Positions 1-9,475 of a stretch of 64,000 nucleotides of DNA are shown in pieces (position 1 is the first letter of the stretch; each line of letters opens with the position of its first letter). The notes beneath the pieces are model-generated. The model worked only from the letters and a program-made list of their open reading frames with translations, had not been told where the DNA came from and did not search any database. This stretch comes from a virus, in IMG/VR virus record IMGVR_UViG_3300010413_000039, positions 4,391 to 68,390 of that record; one strand, written 5' to 3'. Position numbers and translations under genes: made by a program.

Positions 1-2
1 TT

Positions 3-236
3 GAAAACCAATCAGTAATAATAAATGATGCCTATAACCTATGTGCTGATTTATGGAACTGCACAGACGTAACATGGTGGGGAATAAATGATGATAGGAA
101 TTGGAGATCGAGCGATAAGTATCCAGCTTATGGGTATGCAACAAATTGGTATGGTGATTATTATGTGCGGAATTTGGACAAACATCATATAATTTGTTAT
201 GAAGATATTGTCTATTTTGAGAGAGAGTGGAAATAG
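3..236 (+). CDS. 3' end of a gene entering from the left edge; GH10-like glycoside hydrolase C-terminus (not in ORF track)
   Basis: Frame 3 is open from the window edge to TAG at 234-236: ...LCADLWNCTDVTWWGINDDRNW..., resembling the GH10 C-terminal C-x-G-V-T-x-W-G-x-x-D-x-x-S-W motif. Confidence 0.45.
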   Translation, partial: ENQSVIINDAYNLCADLWNCTDVTWWGINDDRNWRSSDKYPAYGYATNWYGDYYVRNLDKHHIICYEDIVYFEREWK

Positions 237-238
237 TC

Positions 239-267
239 TTGACAAATAATACTTAATGTGGTATAAT
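239..267 (+). promoter_or_regulatory. sigma70-type promoter
   Basis: TTGACA-17 bp-TATAAT with TG extension (GTGGTATAAT). Confidence 0.8.
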
Positions 268-308
268 TAATCAGTAACCAAGTGTGGTTACATGCGCCTC
301 CTTTCGCT

Positions 309-346
309 TAGAGACCTGCAGATACAAATGTGGGTCTCTTTTCTTT
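309..346 (+). terminator. intrinsic terminator
   Basis: AGAGACCTGCA...TGTGGGTCTCT stem followed by TTTCTTT. Confidence 0.65.
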
Positions 347-417
347 AACATCGCATTTATTAACGATACCTAATTGTAGATCATAGCAGTGTTGTTCCAT
401 GTACGGGAGGAACGTTT

Positions 418-2058
418 GTGGCATCTATTCACAGAATCGGAAAAGCATATTCTGGTGGTCGGGTAGATGTAGTTCGTGGTGTTGATATTACATCTATAGG
501 CGGTCAAATTTTCTATACAGATGATCTAACTCCTAGTATCCAAAAATTCAATGAATTTTGGGAACTAATGGATGTTATTAAAAAGCATGGGTACATAAGA
601 GCATCCATGTCTGTTATTGGTCGTTCTGCTGTGGGAACTGATTGGTCTATAGTTAAGAAGGACGATTATATAGGAAGTGCACCACCACTACATAAGAAAA
701 GACTACTGGATTTTTATACAGGTGCGTATGCAAAAGATTGGAAAAATATCAGAGACTATCGTGATATCTCTTTCAATCTTATGATAGGCGTACAATATCT
801 AAGGTATTTTGGTCAGGTTGCTTATCACGTTATAAGAGATAAAAGCACAAAAAGAGCACTTGGCATGTACCACCTACCTGGTCTTATTGTTCCAAACGTA
901 GATTCAAATGGATATTTCAGATCGGGTCAGCCAGCATTTATTCAATACCCATCAAGTAATCCAAGGGATAGGGTAGAGTTTCAAAACCCTATGGATATTA
1001 TCTTTATAACTACACCATCTTGGGATGGAAACCCATTAGGCGGTACTGATATAGAGGCGTTGACTGAGTTTACAATACCACTTGATCTTTATCTGCAGAC
1101 AGGCGCACGTGAGTATTTAAAGAACAGGGACAAACCAGAGGTAATTTATCAGGTTGCAAGCGATCTTAATGATGATGCTTTTGATACATTCAGGAGACAA
1201 ATGGAGGCTGTGCAACGTGGTAGTGCTAACTTAGGAAGAAACCCTATTATTATGCAGGGTGATCTAAAAGTTCACGAAATGAGAGATTTACCGTCATCAT
1301 TACCATACCATGAGGGCAGGGATGATGCTATGGAAGAGGAGATGGCTATCTCTGGTGTTGGTGCTGTAAAACTAGGTATCACAAAAGGGTTATCACATTC
1401 TAATATGAGGGAATATAGGCGTGAATTTCATGAAACAACTATGCTACCTATGTTCAAGATATTAGAGGGTGGTTTTTATGAGCAGATAAATGTTAGGGAG
1501 TTTGGTATTCGTGGGTGGCAGTTCCAATTTGATCATCCTGATTTCCTAACTGCTGTAGAGCAGGCAACGGTTGATATGCGTTACTATGCTATGGGTGTTC
1601 TAAATCCAAATGAAATGAGAAGAAACAGGGGTGATGATCCTAGAAGAGATGAGCTTGGTGATCTTTACTCAGACGAACTTCAAATATATATGGAAGATAG
1701 AAGAGAAGATGAGAGGGAAGGTTTAAAACCAACTGGTGGAGAGCAGGGGTCGCCTCCTGAGGGGCGTGAGGATGAACCAGATTCCCCAAGTAATGTTGGA
1801 GAGCCATCAGATTCTGATCAAGACCCTGTAAGGGGTGATCAACATGATGATGCTCAGAGAATAATCTCTGAATTACGTGCGTGGAAAAACTTTGTTCTAA
1901 GGAGAGATGGAAAACCAAGTAGAAAATTCAATCCAGAGAGCATACCAGATGACGTTGCTCAATTAATAGAAGAGCAGATAAGCACATCATCTACGTCTGA
2001 GAAAATAAAAAATATTTTTGATAATGCAGTTTATGCAGTAGGAGAATTCTATGGATAA
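418..2058 (+). CDS. phage portal protein
   Basis: 546 aa, first gene of the head module; portal-like C-terminal GVLNPNEMRRNRG motif; acidic low-complexity tail. Confidence 0.85.
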   Translation: MASIHRIGKAYSGGRVDVVRGVDITSIGGQIFYTDDLTPSIQKFNEFWELMDVIKKHGYIRASMSVIGRSAVGTDWSIVKKDDYIGSAPPLHKKRLLDFYTGAYAKDWKNIRDYRDISFNLMIGVQYLRYFGQVAYHVIRDKSTKRALGMYHLPGLIVPNVDSNGYFRSGQPAFIQYPSSNPRDRVEFQNPMDIIFITTPSWDGNPLGGTDIEALTEFTIPLDLYLQTGAREYLKNRDKPEVIYQVASDLNDDAFDTFRRQMEAVQRGSANLGRNPIIMQGDLKVHEMRDLPSSLPYHEGRDDAMEEEMAISGVGAVKLGITKGLSHSNMREYRREFHETTMLPMFKILEGGFYEQINVREFGIRGWQFQFDHPDFLTAVEQATVDMRYYAMGVLNPNEMRRNRGDDPRRDELGDLYSDELQIYMEDRREDEREGLKPTGGEQGSPPEGREDEPDSPSNVGEPSDSDQDPVRGDQHDDAQRIISELRAWKNFVLRRDGKPSRKFNPESIPDDVAQLIEEQISTSSTSEKIKNIFDNAVYAVGEFYG

Positions 2059-2485
2059 AATAGTTGTTAAGCAGGGTGAAAAATACATATTTGAGGAAAA
2101 ATTCACGCCAAAGACAACAACAAATTTATGGGCTAGTGTAAGTATCAAATCTGGAAAAGGATTTTTTCAGCTAGCATCTTCAAGAAAGGAAGTATTTGTT
2201 GATGGGCATAAGGAAATTGTAAGATTTGAATTTCCAGAACTAGAGCCAGGCGAGTATGAATATGTTGTAACAATCGGTGATCCCTTTGAGGGTATCGCAA
2301 AATTAGAGGGTGTTCTTGTTGTTGAAGAGAAAGCTAAAAAAGCACCCTTACCTAAGAAAACAAGTCAAAAGAAAGAGCCTGTAGTTACTAAAGTGAAGGC
2401 TGATAATTCTGGTGTATTTACGAGCAGTTCTTTCTTTGGGGAGGAAGATGATGGTGAATCAGGAAGTGGAGTGGAGATGCCCTGA
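2051..2485 (+). CDS. hypothetical protein
   Basis: Overlaps the portal stop, GGAG SD; Ig-like N-terminus, Lys-rich C-terminus. Confidence 0.6.
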   Translation: MDKIVVKQGEKYIFEEKFTPKTTTNLWASVSIKSGKGFFQLASSRKEVFVDGHKEIVRFEFPELEPGEYEYVVTIGDPFEGIAKLEGVLVVEEKAKKAPLPKKTSQKKEPVVTKVKADNSGVFTSSSFFGEEDDGESGSGVEMP

Positions 2486-2726
2486 TTGTGGAAGTACCCT
2501 AGGAATGGTTGTAGGTGGGGAATTAGAACCATTTAATGGGAACAAGATCAGAACACGTGGGGCTAATTTAGAAATAATCTGTTCTGGATGTAATTATACA
2601 AAAGTTTGGTATACAAATGACGCTGTAACTAAAGCAGTAAACCAGTTAATTTCTGTTATATCTGCAGAGGCGGCTAAAAGTATGATACGTCAGATAGGAA
2701 AAGCAAAGCGTGAAATGAATATATAA
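2451..2726 (+). CDS. small Zn-ribbon protein
   Basis: CPDC...CSGC; GGAGG SD before the ATG at 2451. Confidence 0.6.
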   Translation: MVNQEVEWRCPDCGSTLGMVVGGELEPFNGNKIRTRGANLEIICSGCNYTKVWYTNDAVTKAVNQLISVISAEAAKSMIRQIGKAKREMNI

Positions 2727-2774
2727 TTGTTTACATTTGCCTAGCAATTATAATTGGAGTATGTGAGGTATATT

Positions 2775-3053
2775 ATGGTAGCAACTGTTACAAATGTTAG
2801 TGTTAGGAGACAGGTTTCTGGTGCGATAGAAACCCCAATAGATGGTTATATTGACGATGCATCTAATAAAATTTTATATGAAAAATGGGACGATAGGCGT
2901 TTAGGTGAATCAATAAAGTATCGTGGTGGTGAAGTCGGGATTACTGCAGAACTTATTCTTGGTGCACCAGAAGATGCTTTAAGAGATATCTACGGAGACG
3001 AATTTGCTGTTGTACTGCTTGATATCTCACGTGGAGTCGCATCATCCTATTAG
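2775..3053 (+). CDS. hypothetical protein
   Basis: GAGG SD plus ATG at 2775, co-oriented within the head module. Confidence 0.6.
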   Translation: MVATVTNVSVRRQVSGAIETPIDGYIDDASNKILYEKWDDRRLGESIKYRGGEVGITAELILGAPEDALRDIYGDEFAVVLLDISRGVASSY

Positions 3054-3061
3054 GAGAAAGT

Positions 3062-4411
3062 ATGGAAACACGTGCTAAGTTTTTTCACATGAAACTAAAT
3101 GATACCAATAGGGAGAAAAGCCCTGATGGTAAACGTCTTAGTGTTCGTGGTTATTTTACATCAGATCAGAAAGATGCTGTTGGTGATGTTATTACAAAAG
3201 AGGCTACAATGAAAGCCATACCAGACTACAGGCAGTGGGGCAATATTAGATATATGCACCAACCTAAACCAGTCGGTGTTGTAAGAGCAATAGGCGAGGA
3301 TGATGGTCTGGAATGGAATGAAGTAGCATTTGATATTACAAAACCAGATGTAATAGAGGATGTTGAGAACGGTCTTTTGAAGGCACTAAGCGTTGGAATC
3401 TTAGTTGATTTCAAAGATATTGATCAACTTCAGGATGGGGGCTGGATTATAAATGGATATAAACTTGCCGAGATTTCGCTGGTTGACCATCCTGCAAATT
3501 ACGATGCAAGACTTAAAACAATGACTGGTGAAGATGCGCTCTCTTATGTTAAGAGTTTGTATGGATCATCAAGGAACGTTATTGTAGAAACAAAATCTGA
3601 GGAAACACAACCTGTAAAAGAAGAAAAGTCATCACCTTGTAGAGAGGAAAATGAATCTAAAGAAGATTGTGTTTCTAGAAAGATACCAGAGTTAATTGAC
3701 GAAGGCATGGATCAGGATCAGGCAGTTGCGGTTGCAAATGAAATGTGCTCTGAGGCGTGCGAACAAAAATCTATTATGGAGGATAAACCTATGGATCAGG
3801 AAGAAAAGGTATTAGAAGAGGTTGTTCCAGTAGAAGATGTTGCTGATGAAGAGTTAGTTGAAACAATCACAACTGATGAAACTTCTGCTGAAAAAGCCAT
3901 CGAGCCTGATGTTGAAGATACGGTTGTTATCCAAGAGGAAACTCTTGAAGATGTAAATACCGTAGAAGAGACTGAAAAGGAACTTGATGGCGAAGTCAAT
4001 AGTCAGGCTGATGAAATTAAAGAAGAGCCTGTTGTAGAAGAGAAGGATATCACTTCTGCAGAAGAAACTATTGTAGAAGATGAGTTTCCAGAGTGGGTAA
4101 AATCACTTACTGAGACTATTTCAAGGCTATCTGAGGAAATCTCAGAGATGAAAGGTGCAATTTCTGACTTGGAAAATAGACTTCAAGAGGCTGACACAGA
4201 GGCTGAGATCACGCAAGATGTTAGCGAAGTTGATGAAGAGTTAGATAAAGGACTGATTGTCGGTGAGAACGTTGCAGTAGAGCCAGATGTCCAGAAAGGG
4301 GCTATGCCTGAAACGGAAATTATCGAGCCAAAGACTGATTTGGGGAATGAAGTGCCCGTAACAAAGGTGACTCTCCGTGATGTCTTGAAAGCAAGATTTA
4401 ATGTAGAATAA
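3062..4411 (+). CDS. HK97-type prohead protease fused to an acidic scaffold-like domain
   Basis: YMHQPKPVG, LSVG and LAEISLVDHPAN motifs; Glu-rich coiled C-terminus; directly upstream of the capsid gene. Confidence 0.85.
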   Translation: METRAKFFHMKLNDTNREKSPDGKRLSVRGYFTSDQKDAVGDVITKEATMKAIPDYRQWGNIRYMHQPKPVGVVRAIGEDDGLEWNEVAFDITKPDVIEDVENGLLKALSVGILVDFKDIDQLQDGGWIINGYKLAEISLVDHPANYDARLKTMTGEDALSYVKSLYGSSRNVIVETKSEETQPVKEEKSSPCREENESKEDCVSRKIPELIDEGMDQDQAVAVANEMCSEACEQKSIMEDKPMDQEEKVLEEVVPVEDVADEELVETITTDETSAEKAIEPDVEDTVVIQEETLEDVNTVEETEKELDGEVNSQADEIKEEPVVEEKDITSAEETIVEDEFPEWVKSLTETISRLSEEISEMKGAISDLENRLQEADTEAEITQDVSEVDEELDKGLIVGENVAVEPDVQKGAMPETEIIEPKTDLGNEVPVTKVTLRDVLKARFNVE

Positions 4412-4436
4412 TATTTAAAAGGGGGGTATAACAATT

Positions 4437-5738
4437 ATGCCTAGCGAACTAAAGAAAGCACTGTTGACATCTGTATCTGGTTCAGCGTTGATTCCAGAAG
4501 ATTTAGACAGCGTATTACATGATGAATTACTAAAGATTCAACCTCTGGTTGAAATCCTTGACGTGATTCAGGCAGAAGGTAAAACACACGAATACAACGT
4601 GCGTTCATCTCACCCACAGGGTTGGTTTGAGGGTGAAACTACTCCTATGGCACAGCAATCTGGTACGTACACACGTGCCACAGTTCAGTTGAAGATCGCC
4701 CGTATTTGGGGTGGTGTAACTGGATTTGGTCAGGCTGTTACTGAGGCTTACATTGACGCTCTTGAAACTGAAATCATGGGTGCTGTTGAAGGTATGGCTG
4801 ATGTATTTGAATACGGTCTGATGTGGGGCATTGCAGATGATATTGGATTTACGGGAGATGCTTATCAGTATTCTGGCGTAATTCCACGTCTTCTAAAATA
4901 TGCACCAACTAACGTTGTTGATGCTGGTGGAAATAAAATTGAATTGTCTGATCTTGACTCTGCTATTGCCAAGACAACTTATCGTAGAACACGTCAAGAC
5001 CCACGTCTGTGGCTGATGGGTGTTCAAATGAAACAGGTTGTTGATGGTCTGCAGACAAAAGTACAGATTCCATTAACACAGGTTGAACTAGCTGATGGTA
5101 AGATTGCTATGTCAGCTTATGACTACATTCCGATTTGGGAAAGTGACTACATTGTGCCACAGAGCACAAGCACATCACCTACCCTTGCTGATGCTATTGC
5201 GGCTGGTGGTTCTCTTGCAGATGGTGATTATGATTACAAAATCTCATCTGTAACTATGTATGGTGAGCAGGTTGTTTCTGCCGCATCTGGTGGTGTAACT
5301 GCTGGATCAGGAAATAACAAAACTAACCTTACTTGGACTGCAGATACTAACGCTAAATCATATATGATTTGGAGACAGGATGGTGGTACAGGTGATTTTA
5401 CATTACTTGACATTATCCCTGCAAAAACATATGACAGTGCTGGTACAGTAAACGGTGTGGTAGAGGCTTATACTGATGATGGAACTAAAACCAAAATTGC
5501 AGTGAAACCTCTTGCGGCTGGCGAACAGAATATTCTGTTGCTTAACTACAATCCTGCACGTGGTTCTGCCTTTGTTGGTATGGTTGACGATATGGGACAG
5601 CAAACTGGTAAACTTTTGTCTTACGTGGAACTAGCACGTACAAAAGACAGCTATGATTTCTTCCTAAAGTCTTACCATGCACTACGTTTGGTACATCCAA
5701 ATCTCGTAAGTCTGATCAGACACGCCAAATTAGCGTAA
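4437..5738 (+). CDS. major capsid protein (HK97 fold) with an inserted Ig/FN3-like domain
   Basis: 433 aa after the protease; N-terminal ALIPEDLD; beta-rich insert ~aa 245-355 (YDYKISSV...LTWTAD...YMIWR). Confidence 0.85.
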   Translation: MPSELKKALLTSVSGSALIPEDLDSVLHDELLKIQPLVEILDVIQAEGKTHEYNVRSSHPQGWFEGETTPMAQQSGTYTRATVQLKIARIWGGVTGFGQAVTEAYIDALETEIMGAVEGMADVFEYGLMWGIADDIGFTGDAYQYSGVIPRLLKYAPTNVVDAGGNKIELSDLDSAIAKTTYRRTRQDPRLWLMGVQMKQVVDGLQTKVQIPLTQVELADGKIAMSAYDYIPIWESDYIVPQSTSTSPTLADAIAAGGSLADGDYDYKISSVTMYGEQVVSAASGGVTAGSGNNKTNLTWTADTNAKSYMIWRQDGGTGDFTLLDIIPAKTYDSAGTVNGVVEAYTDDGTKTKIAVKPLAAGEQNILLLNYNPARGSAFVGMVDDMGQQTGKLLSYVELARTKDSYDFFLKSYHALRLVHPNLVSLIRHAKLA

Positions 5739-5782
5739 TCTGAGTAGTTTTACACAATTTAATCTTCCTCCTGTACACTTAC

Positions 5783-5822
5783 CGACAGGCTACCTCTTTC
5801 GGGGCTAGCCTGTCGTTTTTTA
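5783..5822 (+). terminator. intrinsic terminator after the capsid gene
   Basis: CGACAGGCTA...TAGCCTGTCG followed by a T run. Confidence 0.85.
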
Positions 5823-5879
5823 TTACAATACAATTGTAGAATATAGTTTTAGTACACATTTGTACTCAGGAGTATAATT

Positions 5880-6440
5880 ATGGCATGGGAACTTTGCACA
5901 AAAGATGATGTAATGGCTATGACATCCGTTCCAGAGGATGAACTTAGGGACATGTGGTCAGATATTTCTGAGCAAATGATCAGGGATTATATAGGAACGC
6001 CTAACTTAGGTACATCTTTGGTAATAACTGGTGAGATACATAATGGTGATGGGACACCAATACTAATTGTTAAGCAACCTGTTATAACATCCGTGTCTGC
6101 AGTTCGTATAAGTGATGGGACTTTGACAGCAACGGATTATGAGGTTTTTCCGAATTATGTTGAACTATCATCTGGTGTATTTCCTGTTGGAATTCATAAT
6201 GTAGAGATTGATTATACATCTGGTGGTTCTGTGTCTGCAAGAGTTAGACTTACTGCTACACTTATGGTGATAGCGTGCCTTAATTATCGTAGGAGAAGAG
6301 GTGCAGATACAAGTTCAAAGTTTGCTATTCCAGATACAAACACAGGTGAAGAGACCGCTAACATGAATATTGGTTTAGTTTCCCATCTTGATATGATAAT
6401 GAAACAATCTTTACAAAGACAGGTGATGAGCTTTGGGTAA
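5880..6440 (+). CDS. head-tail connector/adaptor
   Basis: Position after the capsid gene; HNGDG and VEIDYTSG motifs typical of gp6/gp15-like adaptors. Confidence 0.7.
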   Translation: MAWELCTKDDVMAMTSVPEDELRDMWSDISEQMIRDYIGTPNLGTSLVITGEIHNGDGTPILIVKQPVITSVSAVRISDGTLTATDYEVFPNYVELSSGVFPVGIHNVEIDYTSGGSVSARVRLTATLMVIACLNYRRRRGADTSSKFAIPDTNTGEETANMNIGLVSHLDMIMKQSLQRQVMSFG

Positions 6441-7227
6441 CATTATAAAGATAAGACTTCTACCGACTGCAAGTGCGCTTGCAAACTCGTTAAAAAATGC
6501 TGATGATGTTGCTGACGATCTAACATCCACTGCAGGTAAAGAAGTTGCAAACAGACTTAAAGAGCTATTAAGAGCACCACTTGCCAAACACCCTGCTGGA
6601 ATAGGTGCTAGTGGTAAGTCTTATTCATCAGTTCGTTATAGGAAAGGAAGTACATCTAAAGGACGTGCTGAGTATATTATATATGAAGATGGTTCTGGTG
6701 CTAACGAAAAAATAAGGAAAGGGATCAAGCCAGGCGAACAGGGATCAATAGCAAGTCTTAGGGAGTGGGCGATATCAAAGAGACTTTCACTAGTACACCC
6801 TGATAATTTCAAGACAGGTTCTGGAACTTCAACTGGTACTCAAAGGGAGTTGTTAAGCAGTGGCAGGGATAGTAAACCTGTTAGTTATATCAGCCCTAGT
6901 CAGAAACGTAGGATAAGACCATATAAAAGAGATGAGGATAAATTTACTGCGGCTATCTCAGCAATTTATCGTGCATTAGATAGAGAAGGAACTAATAGAG
7001 AACCAAATCCACCAGTTATGGGGGCTAATTGGTGGAGATATTATCCAGAGGGGCAAGGTAGATTTGATTATGTTGCCTATGTTATTAGGACAAAACAACC
7101 AGAAATAAGGTCTATGATAAGTGATGCATCTAGAGATGTAAAATCTGGAATTATTAATTATGTTTTGAGTGGTAGAAAATCTGGTGGAATGAGTATGCCT
7201 ATTACAATAAATAGGTATAAGGGGTAA
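6433..7227 (+). CDS. putative neck/tail completion protein
   Basis: Basic protein with an LREWA motif, between adaptor and terminator. Confidence 0.5.
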   Translation: MGNIIKIRLLPTASALANSLKNADDVADDLTSTAGKEVANRLKELLRAPLAKHPAGIGASGKSYSSVRYRKGSTSKGRAEYIIYEDGSGANEKIRKGIKPGEQGSIASLREWAISKRLSLVHPDNFKTGSGTSTGTQRELLSSGRDSKPVSYISPSQKRRIRPYKRDEDKFTAAISAIYRALDREGTNREPNPPVMGANWWRYYPEGQGRFDYVAYVIRTKQPEIRSMISDASRDVKSGIINYVLSGRKSGGMSMPITINRYKG

Positions 7228-7229
7228 TT

Positions 7230-7688
7230 ATGGGACAAGCAGTAGGATTTACAGCATGTTATGATGCAATTATAGACAGGTTCAAAACATTCTTTCTTGG
7301 GACTATAAGACCAGATGCTGTAGGAAAAGCACTGTTTGATGTCACTGACTATATCTATAGGAATGAACTAGAGTACGGTTTATGGGTAGAGTTTGCTACA
7401 GGAGAGCAGGAGGTACTTCCACCATTCAGAAAACATATGTGGATATGGACATTGGATGGTGCTTTGTTGATACGTTATACTGGTGATGATACCTCAATGG
7501 AAGAAAGACTTAGTGAGATGGTTGATAAGTTGTTTTATACATTTGCAACACCTAACCATGCTATTGATGACATCACGCCATATGTAAAAATTCCTTGGAT
7601 AGGGAAACCAGAGGCTGTCTCTGTTGAAGATACACCTTTTTATTTCCTGCCTTTTATTATAAAAATTATAGATGATCGTGGAGGATAA
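7230..7688 (+). CDS. putative tail terminator protein
   Basis: Size and synteny upstream of the tail tube. Confidence 0.5.
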   Translation: MGQAVGFTACYDAIIDRFKTFFLGTIRPDAVGKALFDVTDYIYRNELEYGLWVEFATGEQEVLPPFRKHMWIWTLDGALLIRYTGDDTSMEERLSEMVDKLFYTFATPNHAIDDITPYVKIPWIGKPEAVSVEDTPFYFLPFIIKIIDDRGG

Positions 7689-7692
7689 TCTA

Positions 7693-8112
7693 ATGACAGA
7701 ATTTGATGAATTTGAACCAATTGAAGTAGCAGTAGAAGTTGAACCAGAACCAGTTATGGTTGAAGAGAAAGAAGAAACCGTGAAACTCCCAAAGGTTTTC
7801 ACAGAGCCACCAGAAAGGATTGGTAATCCTAGAAGTCCTTTCAAGAACTATCTGATCCTAGATTATGATAGGGTTGTTAGATTTGCTAGGAATGCCAACG
7901 AAAGAGTTAGGGGAAAGATGCATTATGCTGTTATCACGGAAGATGCGAATGATTATCCTAATTCATCTGACACAATCTTATGGTGGGCGTGTCAATCTCT
8001 AAAAAGCGGTGGTACTCTGTACGTTCTTGATAATTATGTTGATCATGAGTTCCTATCTGGTTGGGAAAAAGGACGTAAAAAAGAGGGGTACGTATCATAT
8101 ATCAAACCGTAG
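7693..8112 (+). CDS. hypothetical protein
   Basis: GGAGG SD plus ATG at 7693; acidic N-terminus. Confidence 0.6.
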   Translation: MTEFDEFEPIEVAVEVEPEPVMVEEKEETVKLPKVFTEPPERIGNPRSPFKNYLILDYDRVVRFARNANERVRGKMHYAVITEDANDYPNSSDTILWWACQSLKSGGTLYVLDNYVDHEFLSGWEKGRKKEGYVSYIKP

Positions 8113-8168
8113 CGTTTGAAGTAACTGAACAGGTGGAAGTTTTTACCTTTTATGGAGGATAACATATT

Positions 8169-8585
8169 ATGGCGGCTATCGTAGGAATTGATGCAAAAGT
8201 TGAATGGAGTACGGATGATGTTACTTACACTGCCTTTACAGAGCGTAATGAATTTAGCATCACCATCAACGTTGATATTGCCGAGCATCGTGTTTTTGTA
8301 GCAAGTCTGGCGGATGCGTGGGTTGGAAAAGCACGTACATGGATGAACTGGAACGGGTCATTAAGTGGATATTATGATGATGCAAATGATGATATCTACG
8401 ATACAGTAGTAGCTGGTGAGGCTGTTTATATTAAGTTTTATGACAGCTATGATCGTGCACCTACTAAGTATTGGAAGGGACAGGTGATCCTGACTTCCGT
8501 TGATCGTTCTACAGGAACAGAAGACTTTGCAACATTGAACGTAGACTTTGAAGGTCTTGGCGAATTAACAAGAGTTACTTCATAA
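8169..8585 (+). CDS. major tail tube protein
   Basis: 138 aa; WNGSLSGYYD and YWKGQVILTSV...DFEGLGEL patterns; precedes chaperone and tape measure. Confidence 0.8.
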   Translation: MAAIVGIDAKVEWSTDDVTYTAFTERNEFSITINVDIAEHRVFVASLADAWVGKARTWMNWNGSLSGYYDDANDDIYDTVVAGEAVYIKFYDSYDRAPTKYWKGQVILTSVDRSTGTEDFATLNVDFEGLGELTRVTS

Positions 8586-8612
8586 TTACTAAAAGTAATT
8601 ATCAGTTAAACA

Positions 8613-8647
8613 CCTAACACCTGATGACTTAGTTATTGGGTGTTAGG
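8613..8647 (+). terminator. stem-loop between tail tube and chaperone genes
   Basis: CCTAACACCTGAT...ATTGGGTGTTAGG inverted repeat; no strong U tract. Confidence 0.5.
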
Positions 8648-8673
8648 TCACATATATTTTTGGAGTGTGAGAC

Positions 8674-9123
8674 ATGACAGAAGAGGTTGTTGCAGTGGAA
8701 GAAAAGAAAAATGTAATCGTTGTTGGTGATTCTGAATATCCCCTAATTAAAAGAGGAAGAGCACAGGCTGACCAAGTTGCCGGTATTGCACGCTGGATTA
8801 AATTGTATGGTCTTCCAGCGGCACAGGAAGTTGGAACTGCTGATATGGCTAACGGTATGCAGTTCCTGCTAAATATTGTTGGTGGTTTAAGCAGTGATGC
8901 TCTTATTGATCTGTTCATTATTATCTCTGGTTGTACATATTCTGAGGCTGAGGAGAATTTTGATATTGCTCAGTTAATTGATATTGCAGTACAAACATAT
9001 GAGGGTCAACCATCATTCAAGAAAGTTATTGACCGTTTTTTACCAGGGTTAGCATCAACAGAGCCTACGGAGAACTCAAAGGAAGAATCTTCCATGACAT
9101 CAGAAGAGCCTACGGATGGTTAG
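8674..9123 (+). CDS. tail assembly chaperone (G-like)
   Basis: Between tail tube and tape measure; slippery T TTT TTA at 9036-9042. Confidence 0.8.
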   Translation: MTEEVVAVEEKKNVIVVGDSEYPLIKRGRAQADQVAGIARWIKLYGLPAAQEVGTADMANGMQFLLNIVGGLSSDALIDLFIIISGCTYSEAEENFDIAQLIDIAVQTYEGQPSFKKVIDRFLPGLASTEPTENSKEESSMTSEEPTDG

Positions 9124-9470
9124 ATGATCAAATAATAGACCATGTTGAAGAGTATGGTCTTGAATGGTTATGGGAAACTTGGAAATTAATAAGAGAAGAT
9201 AAAGCAGAATTTTTCAGTATGCTCTTCTCTATCGTCCCATTAGCACAAACACCTTGGGACAAAAGACATGCAAGTTCGCAAAGAAACCACTCTGGAAGAG
9301 TGCAGAAAGCAATAGAAAGCATAGCACCTTGGCAGTACAGTGGTCGTGCTCGTAGCAAGCTGGCACATCTACGAGATAAGGTGAAACCTGGAGAAGTAGT
9401 CGTAATGCTGGATGCAGGAGATCAAGCAAACCTTAGCCTATATGAAGATGCTAAGATTATGAGGGAGTAA
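8674..9470 (+). CDS. tail assembly chaperone, -1 frameshifted form (GT-like)
   Basis: -1 frame is open from 9036 (FTRVSINRAYGELKGRIFHDIRRAYGWLDDQI...) into ORF 9219-9470. Confidence 0.75.
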
Positions 9471-9475
9471 CCTTA

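Noticed and set aside
8621-8640. CTGATGA as a hammerhead ribozyme core
   Set aside because: No downstream GAAA core or three-stem junction; it is a simple hairpin
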